DNA from: a virus
IMG/VR virus record: IMGVR_UViG_3300002460_000067
Location: 1-42,214 of that record
Direction: 5' to 3' (one strand)
Length of the DNA: 42,214 nt
A program made the position numbers and the translations under genes. Of this stretch, positions 12,396 to 19,509 are shown one piece after another (the stretch's first letter is position 1; every line of letters starts with the position of its first letter). A model generated the notes under the pieces. That model saw only the letters and a program-made list of their open reading frames with translations, ran no database searches and was not told the DNA's origin.

Positions 12396-12807
12396 CGGCA
12401 GGGTGAGCGCGATTGACACCCTGCTGCATGAACTCGCCACCCTGCGCGCGGAGAATAAGCACTTGCGTTCTAAACTCAACCGTCACCTGCGCGGCAGCGC
12501 CATCGTACGCGCCGCCATTGCTGATGCACATGCGATCATCCTGGCCGCGTTCAGCGACCAGTCTACCGGGGTGCGCGCCATGGCCACCAACTACGGCATG
12601 ACGCGGCGCCGCTGGGAGTGGGGCGTAGCCTTCCTGCGCTATGCCGGCATTGTGCCACTCCGCAATCGGAGTTGGCGCAACGGATTACAGTTCCTGATCA
12701 CGGATCTGAGTGAGGCGATAGGGCTGCTCGAAACATCCGCCAAGGAACTGGATACCCCCGATGGATATCGCCGTTTGCGTGCAACTTTGTATGCGCGTAA
12801 AATGTAA
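12373..12807 (+). CDS. hypothetical protein
   Basis: Track ORF of 144 aa with an N-terminal coiled-coil-like segment. Confidence 0.6.
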   Translation: MLRIETYNGRVSAIDTLLHELATLRAENKHLRSKLNRHLRGSAIVRAAIADAHAIILAAFSDQSTGVRAMATNYGMTRRRWEWGVAFLRYAGIVPLRNRSWRNGLQFLITDLSEAIGLLETSAKELDTPDGYRRLRATLYARKM

Positions 12808-12857
12808 CGAGCGTGTCACCGCTGCGCAACGTACAGCGTAACCGCAGTGTACGCCTG

Positions 12858-12890
12858 CGTGTAACGATCGTGTAATGCGTGTGTAACAAT
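12858..12890 (+). repeat. 11-bp tandem repeat x3 (CGTGTAAYnnn)
   Basis: GTGTAA at 12859, 12870 and 12881. Related TGTAAC/TGTCAC/TGTACG boxes lie at 12803, 12814 and 12847. Confidence 0.75.
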
Positions 12891-12940
12891 CGCCCTCAGA
12901 CGTACACACCCACCTGTAAGATTTTAAAAAGGAGAATCTG

Positions 12941-13171
12941 ATGAAAGAGATTCCGTGGCAATTTCATTCTATGTACCGCGGGTGCCGCATCGAGCACCGC
13001 CCCGGCATGGTCCGCCGCGGCTGGTGCAGCACCTACCACAATTGGTACAGACCGGATGGCGAAGTGGGGACGTTCATCCATCATAGTTTGGAGAACGCCC
13101 GTTCGCACATCGACAAATCGCATAAAGATTTGGGCGATAAAATAGCATTGAAGGAAAATTCCAATGATTAA
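12941..13171 (+). CDS. hypothetical protein
   Basis: AAAAGGAG lies 6 nt upstream of the ATG. Confidence 0.65.
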   Translation: MKEIPWQFHSMYRGCRIEHRPGMVRRGWCSTYHNWYRPDGEVGTFIHHSLENARSHIDKSHKDLGDKIALKENSND

Positions 13172-13496
13172 ATTAATGAACAGCGCCATGATGCCGCAGC
13201 CTGGCAAATACGAGCTGGAACGATTGACACGTAACCAGTTTATTAGCATTTTGCGCGATAATGGAGAGGTGGATAGCTACGTCGGCTATCCACAAACAGC
13301 GGAGTTCGTGGAACGAATCAGCGGCGTGTCGGTGGCTGTCTCGCGCCGGCAAACGGTTCTGATGGACGGTGACCGCGTACTGGTGGTCAAACTGGCCTAT
13401 CGTCCGCAAGACGCGGGCGGCAAAGGCGCACCGGTCGATGAAAATGACTACGAATTTTTCTTGATACGCTTCGTACAACCGGCAGCCCCGCGGTGA
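13164..13496 (+). CDS. DUF1874 / STIV B116-like protein
   Basis: 'LMNSAMMP..G.Y....L...F...L......SYVGYPQTAEFV..ISGV.V...R..V.M..GD..LVV.L..R......YEFFLI' matches my recollection of the DUF1874 pattern. Confidence 0.55.
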   Translation: MIKLMNSAMMPQPGKYELERLTRNQFISILRDNGEVDSYVGYPQTAEFVERISGVSVAVSRRQTVLMDGDRVLVVKLAYRPQDAGGKGAPVDENDYEFFLIRFVQPAAPR

Positions 13497-13546
13497 CGGC
13501 TGCCTGTCCTGGCGAAGTGAAAGTAATCGCCGGTAGCGCGGAATAG

Positions 13547-13602
13547 GCAGTAACAGCAGCGCCCAATGTTTCACGTGAAACATTGGGCGCTGCTGTTACT
13601 GC
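13547..13602. terminator. Perfect 56-bp palindrome between convergent operons
   Basis: 28-bp arms with no spacer (gcagtaacagcagcgcccaatgtttcac|gtgaaacattgggcgctgctgttactgc), checked pair by pair. There is no flanking U-tract on either strand. Confidence 0.6.
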
Positions 13603-13680
13603 TCACTTGCACTTACACTTGCTCATCGGCATACCGCATTTTTTGCACTTTTTCTCTGGCTTTGTTTTTCCCTTTGCCAT
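13603..13680 (-). CDS. 25-aa Lys/Cys-rich micro-protein
   Basis: AGGAGG lies 4 nt upstream of ATG 13680. Hand translation gives MAKGKTKPEKKCKKCGMPMSKCKCK. The stop abuts the palindrome. Confidence 0.5.
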   Translation of the reverse strand: MAKGKTKPEKKCKKCGMPMSKCKCK

Positions 13681-13688
13681 AACTCCTC

Positions 13689-14015
13689 CTATCTAAAAAA
13701 CATTTGAACCACGTGCATGAGAATGACGACGATCAGCAGGTAGCTATTTAACTGGCTCTGCCATTTCTGCATACGCTGTGTGCGGAGTAATCCCGGCTCA
13801 CCGCTGCGCTCATCCTCATACATATATCGTTCCAAGGTTGCTACCCTCTCTTCCAATGTTCGATTGCGCGGTGGATTGTACTCGTCGTTGAAACTGATGT
13901 TGACATCCGCCCGGCTGCTGCCTCGTCCGTCTACCCCGGTGACCTTGCCGCTATTATCTCCAATGTCCTGTGACACGTCAATCATCGAAAGTAATGCCCA
14001 AGGGCCATCAACCAC
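13689..14015 (-). CDS. C-tail-anchored membrane protein (possible lysis or spanin-like function)
   Basis: The only hydrophobic segment is at the extreme C-terminus (YLLIVVILMHVVQMFF). Confidence 0.6.
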   Translation of the reverse strand: MVDGPWALLSMIDVSQDIGDNSGKVTGVDGRGSSRADVNISFNDEYNPPRNRTLEERVATLERYMYEDERSGEPGLLRTQRMQKWQSQLNSYLLIVVILMHVVQMFFR

Positions 14016-14564
14016 CTAATCACGCAATCCTATCCCGGCGAGCGCCATCTGGAAAATGCGCGGCCGCATTCTATATATGTCGCGCTCCCAAAGTTCTACT
14101 ACCGCACTAATGCGCACGCCATGATACATCGTGCCTACCAACCGCAATGTTACGGTAGCATCTTTCTGCCCGTGCGCTGCTGTGCGCGCGTGCCAATATT
14201 CGCCCTGCACCTGCCAGGCTAACCCCATGCCGCCATACTGGACAACGAAGTCAGGGACTAGCCCGCCCTTGGCCCGCCGCCCGCCGAAGAGCATAGCCTG
14301 GTACGTGAACGGAATTTTCCTATCCGTCAGCCAACACCAGACAATCAGTTCAGGGATAGAGGCGGCAGGGTATTCCGGCTTCATGGCGAGCACGCGCTTG
14401 GCGAGTTTCACATCCGCCGACCGCCCACCCAAATCGCGTATCAGTTCCTGGAGTGCGTCCGGTTCGCGTTCGGCGACCTTCGGCGCGGCCCCCGTCATGT
14501 CTGGCAGCTTGCGCCGCTTGCCGCCCGGCATACGCGGCATCCGTTTAAGTTTAGTTACAGCCAT
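14016..14564 (-). CDS. PD-(D/E)xK endonuclease (DUF559/Vsr-like)
   Basis: 'VPDFVV...GLAWQVQGEYWH...QKDATVTLRL...VVELWERDIY' follows the D...E.D/QG..H...D...W order I recall for the DUF559/Vsr fold. Confidence 0.5.
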   Translation of the reverse strand: MAVTKLKRMPRMPGGKRRKLPDMTGAAPKVAEREPDALQELIRDLGGRSADVKLAKRVLAMKPEYPAASIPELIVWCWLTDRKIPFTYQAMLFGGRRAKGGLVPDFVVQYGGMGLAWQVQGEYWHARTAAHGQKDATVTLRLVGTMYHGVRISAVVELWERDIYRMRPRIFQMALAGIGLRD

Positions 14565-14621
14565 ACACCCCTATGCACCCCTCCATACACCCCTATGCAC
14601 CCCTCCATACACCCCTATGCA
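14562..14621. repeat. 22-bp perfect tandem repeat x2.7
   Basis: catacacccctatgcacccctc at 14562-14583 and 14584-14605, plus a partial copy at 14606-14621. On the minus strand each unit reads GAGGGGTGCATAGGGGTGTATG, that is SD-like plus ATG. Confidence 0.9.
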
Positions 14622-16888
14622 GTATACGCGCCATTGCGTATCTGCTCAATCGTCATGTTGTAGATGGAATTGAACGCTATCTCGCCGTTGTACCACTCCA
14701 CATCATCATTTTGAATCGCGCATCCCATGACCTTGCACTCATACTGCACCCCATCCATGTCGCGGAAAATAAACGGCGGAACCTGCGTAATCAGAGTGTC
14801 CAGGTGGCTGCGCTTTTGGTTGGCGTTGTAGGTGGAGATCATGCCGCCCAACTCCTGCTGATTGTTGGAGCACAGAATGGGGAAGCTCCACCGGAACCAG
14901 TCGCTAACCATCGGGTGGTATTTCACCCTCACCGCCCGGATGAGCGGTGAGACGCCGGGGGTATCGGTGTGAATCTCCAAGCCTATTTTGAGTTGCCTAC
15001 TCTGCGGGCGCGTGTCGTAGTCGCTCCATCGCAGCTCCTGCCGGTCACTGGTTACAGTCCCCAACAATTCCCACGCGGTGGACGCATCATCCTTCCAGTA
15101 TACATTGACATACTGGTCGGCGTTGAAGTCCTCTCCTGAAACGTATACCGACTCGAAATCTTTCTCAACCTCTTTGAGTCCGCCAAAAAACCAGTCGGTT
15201 TCCATCCAGCCCACGGGCGCAAACTCCGGGTCGTTGACATCCACCACCTGCGCTACGTCCGGCAAGTACAGGCTAAACACATGGCCGGTGCTAGCTCCGA
15301 TATACAGCCGTTGATTGCTTCTACGGTAGTACAGGCTGGCGATGCTCATCGTAGGCGGTAGGTGCGCGATGTGGTGCCAGCCCTGCGTCGTCCATGCCCA
15401 AACGGTAGCGCCCTCGGTCGTGCCGTCGCGGGGGTTGACGGCCATGAGTAGCCAATTGTTAGTGCTGGTGAGCGCGGCCACATTGCCTTGTAGGTCAGCG
15501 GGCAACCCTTCGCCCAGGTCAATGCCCACCGGCAACATGGCGCTTCCGTCGTATCTGATCAGGCTTTCTTGGAGCGGAATAAATATCTGCCCCTGGTAGT
15601 GGAGCATGCGCAGCCCATTGCGCGCAGACGGACTGCCCCACACGGTGACGCCCTGCACCTCGTCGCCGAACCCGACATAGACGAGTTCTTTTTCTGTGGA
15701 GACATAGACATAATCGCCCAGCCCCGCAATGCCGGTGACAAGTTCGCCGTCAAAGCCGATGACAATCGGACCCGTCCATTGAGCGCCGGTAGCCGCGGGC
15801 GTGCTCGTGTAGAAAACGTTCTGCCCATAGCCGGCCCAGAGGAATCCGCCCCACTGCGCGAGGTGCGCAACCTCCCCGGCGCCGCCGTCTGGAACCGTAA
15901 ACCCGGTCACTGTTTCGCTGACGTTCATGTTGGACGCAGACGCCGCGGCCGTGTCTAGCGCAATATAAAGATAGTCGCCTAGCGCCAGGATTTGCGTTCC
16001 CTTGGCGCTGCCCACCGCGGCGGTCCAGCCGGGGGGGGCGGGTGGTCCGGCCTCATCGCGATAGTAAATCGCGGTGGCAGTGTTGTTCACCGCGTACAAT
16101 CTGCCGTTGAACTCGGCCAACTGGACGTTGCCGCGTGGCAGCGCGTTGCTGTCTCCGTAGGCTTCCACATTGAGAAGCAGTCCAAAAACACTGGTGCTCG
16201 ATTGCCAAGCCGATCCGTTGTAGTAGGCCGCCTCTGGCCCCCCGGCACTGTCATCCTGCGCTGGCAGTGTCCCCGTACTCGCCACTTCCAGGCTGAGCCA
16301 GTAATTAGCGGATGTAATGCTCTGACTAATCGTTGATGCCTTGTACCAGGCATAGCCGGGCGTTTCGCTGCTACTGGTTACGGTGCAGGTAGTAATACTG
16401 GTTCCCGGCGCGCCTGCTGTATCCCCCGACAGGCGAATGGTAAAGGTCTGGCCGTTGTTTTTGAGGTACACCCAGATGGCGGATAGGGTGCGGCCGGCGC
16501 CGCCGCCAATTTTCATTGCCCATTTTTGGTAAGTCTGGCCGGTACCGATAGTGAGTTCGTCTGCGATCCAGCTCGCATCAGCGTCATGCACAGTAGCACT
16601 ATCACTCATTTCAAAGCGCAGGTGGCGCGGGAGTAACACCTGTCCCGGGTAGCGCGTCTCGCACTCGCCATAGAGAAATCCGCCCGCCTCCGCGTCTTTC
16701 TGCCCGACGCCCATTTGCCAGTTATCCATCACCCAGTACGACCAATTTTGCAGGTCGTCATAGTCGCCTGCGCCCGTGGCGAGCTTGGCCGCGAACTGGT
16801 TGGCAGGAGCCTTACTGTATAGGTCTGTGTTGGCGATCATGTAGTCGCGTAACGCGCCTACGTTGCCGAGTGCTATATGTCCAGCCAC
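14615..16888 (-). CDS. large tail structural protein (possibly tail tubular B / nozzle-like)
   Basis: 757 aa with a GTG start 7 nt after AGGAG. It lies immediately after the tail-fibre gene. The family assignment is a guess from size and position. Confidence 0.45.
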   Translation of the reverse strand: MAGHIALGNVGALRDYMIANTDLYSKAPANQFAAKLATGAGDYDDLQNWSYWVMDNWQMGVGQKDAEAGGFLYGECETRYPGQVLLPRHLRFEMSDSATVHDADASWIADELTIGTGQTYQKWAMKIGGGAGRTLSAIWVYLKNNGQTFTIRLSGDTAGAPGTSITTCTVTSSSETPGYAWYKASTISQSITSANYWLSLEVASTGTLPAQDDSAGGPEAAYYNGSAWQSSTSVFGLLLNVEAYGDSNALPRGNVQLAEFNGRLYAVNNTATAIYYRDEAGPPAPPGWTAAVGSAKGTQILALGDYLYIALDTAAASASNMNVSETVTGFTVPDGGAGEVAHLAQWGGFLWAGYGQNVFYTSTPAATGAQWTGPIVIGFDGELVTGIAGLGDYVYVSTEKELVYVGFGDEVQGVTVWGSPSARNGLRMLHYQGQIFIPLQESLIRYDGSAMLPVGIDLGEGLPADLQGNVAALTSTNNWLLMAVNPRDGTTEGATVWAWTTQGWHHIAHLPPTMSIASLYYRRSNQRLYIGASTGHVFSLYLPDVAQVVDVNDPEFAPVGWMETDWFFGGLKEVEKDFESVYVSGEDFNADQYVNVYWKDDASTAWELLGTVTSDRQELRWSDYDTRPQSRQLKIGLEIHTDTPGVSPLIRAVRVKYHPMVSDWFRWSFPILCSNNQQELGGMISTYNANQKRSHLDTLITQVPPFIFRDMDGVQYECKVMGCAIQNDDVEWYNGEIAFNSIYNMTIEQIRNGAYTA

Positions 16889-16897
16889 TCTCTACTC

Positions 16898-17593
16898 CTA
16901 CACTGTGCTGAAACAAATGTTATTCAATTGAAAGAAACTGGCCGCAGCTCCTGAAGATATAGTAATACCACCTGCTGTACCAATGTCTATTCTGGCATAT
17001 GCGTCATCCCCTACTACTACTGATGTGAATGTAGCAGACGGTCTGTATCCCGACGGGAGCGTTCCTATTGTATTGTCAGCGCCACTAGACCTGACAACTA
17101 ACCCACGTATAAAAACTAAATCCCCAATTTTTTTATATTCAGCATTAAAGTGCCCACCTCCGTAGTTTGCCCAGTTTCCGGCTGTATTTAATGTGAGCGC
17201 TGTCCACGCCCCCGTACTACCCGTAATGGTCGGGTCAGAAATGGTCGGGGCGGTCAGGGTTTTGTTGGTCAGTGTCTGCGTGTTAGTGGTGCCGACAACC
17301 GCCCCTGTCGCCCCGTGCGCCGCAGTGGCGGCAACGTGCGTGTCAATCTGCGCATGAGTATTTGTGCCGATATTCGTAATCGCCGTATGGTCAATGTCGC
17401 CATCCGCAATCATGGTAGCATCTACCTGCCCGCCGGCGTCCAGTTTGACAGGTTTCCCCGCGTCACCCGCCCCGGCGCTTACGTTGATGTGCTCGGCTTC
17501 TGTGAAATAGCGACTATCGAGCGCGCCTTGGTCCACCAATTCCTTCTTGGTGAAAAAGTTACTGCGGATCCATGCCTTAATATTTTCAATCAC
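16898..17593 (-). CDS. tail fibre protein
   Basis: '[41 protein letters not shown]' is a motif I recall from phage tail-fibre N-terminal regions. GTG start. Confidence 0.65.
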   Translation of the reverse strand: MIENIKAWIRSNFFTKKELVDQGALDSRYFTEAEHINVSAGAGDAGKPVKLDAGGQVDATMIADGDIDHTAITNIGTNTHAQIDTHVAATAAHGATGAVVGTTNTQTLTNKTLTAPTISDPTITGSTGAWTALTLNTAGNWANYGGGHFNAEYKKIGDLVFIRGLVVRSSGADNTIGTLPSGYRPSATFTSVVVGDDAYARIDIGTAGGITISSGAAASFFQLNNICFSTV

Positions 17594-17599
17594 TGGCGT

Positions 17600-17632
17600 G
17601 TTTACTCCAAGTTTACTCCAAGTTTACTCCAA
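17600..17632. repeat. 11-bp perfect tandem repeat x3 (minus strand TTGGAGTAAAC)
   Basis: Units at 17600-17610, 17611-17621 and 17622-17632. Each carries GGAG. The repeat lies just upstream of the tail-fibre start. Confidence 0.9.
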
Positions 17633-17646
17633 GATGACTCTAACTT

Positions 17647-18570
17647 CTACTGTCCCCCCCACTGGCGCGCGTAGTATTGATAGTGGCTCTCGTCCAACGT
17701 GCCCGCCGCCTCGCGGCCTAACCGCATCTTGGGTTTGCGGTTGGGCACATAGCCGCGCCAGAAGGCGCGCGCCATGTCGTTATAATACATGGCCTGGCGC
17801 TCGTGGTGCGTGCGCTCTGACTCGGCGGCATCGGTCAGGAAAAGCGCGTGCAGAAAGCCGCGCACATAGTTGTACATCTGGCCGAACAGGTCAGCCCGAT
17901 GCCCCCCCACCCCCCAGGTCACGGTATCCGCGCTGTCATGCGTGGCCGCGGTTGTCTCATTTAGTCCTCTGAGTAGATTGCTCAGAGTGGTAGTGCTGAC
18001 GCCATACGTAACGCCCGCATAATGCAACCACTCCGAATCAATCTTGATATAGCCCGCGTCACTGATATCAGTGACCGCGGTAGAAAGGACTAATGAAGTA
18101 TCGGTGGCTGTAATCCCCGCGTTCAGCGCGGGGATGGTGAGCGGAACCTGTCCGTTGTACGACCACCAGATAACGCGCGCGTCGTCGGTAGCCGGGGAGA
18201 ACTCCAGTCGCAGTTTCTGCCCGCCGCTACCGTCCGGCTCCACCGTAAACGCCTGTACGTCTACCCAAGTTTCGGCTTCCAGACTGATTCCGCTCACGTT
18301 TGGGAAATAGGATGAGTAGCGCTTTTGCTGCGGGTCGATGCTGCCGCGGATGTAGGCCGGCAATGCGTAGTCTACGGCGCCAGACACATAGCCGCCGCTG
18401 ATGGTGTACAGGTGTGGCACGGTGACGCGATTGTGCCAGGTCAGCAGGCAGTCATTGATGCCGGTGTAGACCTCGTGGTCAGGCCAACGCGCGCCTTCGG
18501 GGTCGCGCATTCGCCGCCGCATGTCCGCTAACAAGTCGCTCTGTGAGCGTAAAAATGGAATGGTGATCAT
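17647..18570 (-). CDS. virion structural protein (adaptor or tail)
   Basis: ATG 18570 forms an ATGA overlap with the upstream stop. It contains 'IKIDSEWLHYAGV...LRGLNETTAATH', a motif also present in the capsid protein. Confidence 0.55.
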   Translation of the reverse strand: MITIPFLRSQSDLLADMRRRMRDPEGARWPDHEVYTGINDCLLTWHNRVTVPHLYTISGGYVSGAVDYALPAYIRGSIDPQQKRYSSYFPNVSGISLEAETWVDVQAFTVEPDGSGGQKLRLEFSPATDDARVIWWSYNGQVPLTIPALNAGITATDTSLVLSTAVTDISDAGYIKIDSEWLHYAGVTYGVSTTTLSNLLRGLNETTAATHDSADTVTWGVGGHRADLFGQMYNYVRGFLHALFLTDAAESERTHHERQAMYYNDMARAFWRGYVPNRKPKMRLGREAAGTLDESHYQYYARQWGGQ

Positions 18571-18878
18571 GCTACCCTGCACAGTATTTTGAAATTAGCC
18601 TCGTGTACGTTGCTGTTGCTATCCGTGAACAACACATCGGCGCGGTAGTCATGGCCAACGGTTAGCGACCCAATGCGCTTGGTCGTGATGACATCCGCAG
18701 CCGCGCTGTTACTGCCCGCGGTGGTTGTGCTCGTGACATCCGTCTCCGTTCCCGGCGTGGTCACATCATACACAATCAGCGTAATGCTGGTCGGCGTGCT
18801 ACCCCAAGGCGTGGTCGTGATGGAGTAGCTGATGCTCTCTTGTGGCGTTTGGCGTTGGGGCGATTCGTTGACGTACAT
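18567..18878 (-). CDS. hypothetical virion-module protein (Thr/Ser-rich, 103 aa)
   Basis: Track ORF with a TAATG overlap with the upstream gene. Confidence 0.55.
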   Translation of the reverse strand: MYVNESPQRQTPQESISYSITTTPWGSTPTSITLIVYDVTTPGTETDVTSTTTAGSNSAAADVITTKRIGSLTVGHDYRADVLFTDSNSNVHEANFKILCRVA

Positions 18879-19483
18879 TAGCCACCGGAGGATAGAGTTA
18901 GAGTGTACGTAAATTCCACGGCATCCCCATTTACCACGTTGACCGCACTAAAAACCGTCCGATCCATGAGCGTACCTGTCGTGGCGTCGTTGAATAATCC
19001 GTGCTCCGTGACAGCCTTGGTGGTGGTGTAGGAGACAGTGCCAACGCTGCGGTAGGCGTTGGCTGCGCTTTCGGTTTGGGTGCCGGTCGCGCGTGCTTCG
19101 CCGTCCGTGGTTTCAATGGTGGTGTCGGCCGCATTTTCCGCGGTTACACCAACGCCCCCGTCGTGATACTTGAAGTCCCCAAACACCGACGTTTCGGTTT
19201 GGAGTTGGTCAGTCACGAAATTGACGAACGCGGTCGTTACCACGCGATAGCCGACGACGCCGTAGTCAATCGTCCAGCCGTCAGGGCGGCGTAGTTTTAA
19301 CGATAACTGCCCGGTCAGGGTCGGAATGCCCGTGAGCCAAGAAAATGCAATGGCGGCCTTTGTGTACAGCCAGCCGCGCCAATACGCTGTGCGCAGTGCG
19401 TTGCGCACGCGCCACGCCACAGGCGCACTTTTGTAGAGTTTGCGAACGGTCACCCCGCCCGCCATATGGAGATTGCCGATCAT
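18878..19483 (-). CDS. hypothetical virion-module protein
   Basis: ATG 19483 follows GTGAGGAA. The track start (19555) would overlap the preceding gene. Confidence 0.55.
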   Translation of the reverse strand: MIGNLHMAGGVTVRKLYKSAPVAWRVRNALRTAYWRGWLYTKAAIAFSWLTGIPTLTGQLSLKLRRPDGWTIDYGVVGYRVVTTAFVNFVTDQLQTETSVFGDFKYHDGGVGVTAENAADTTIETTDGEARATGTQTESAANAYRSVGTVSYTTTKAVTEHGLFNDATTGTLMDRTVFSAVNVVNGDAVEFTYTLTLSSGG

Positions 19484-19509
19484 TTGTTCCTCACTGTCTG
19501 CCTGTCGCG

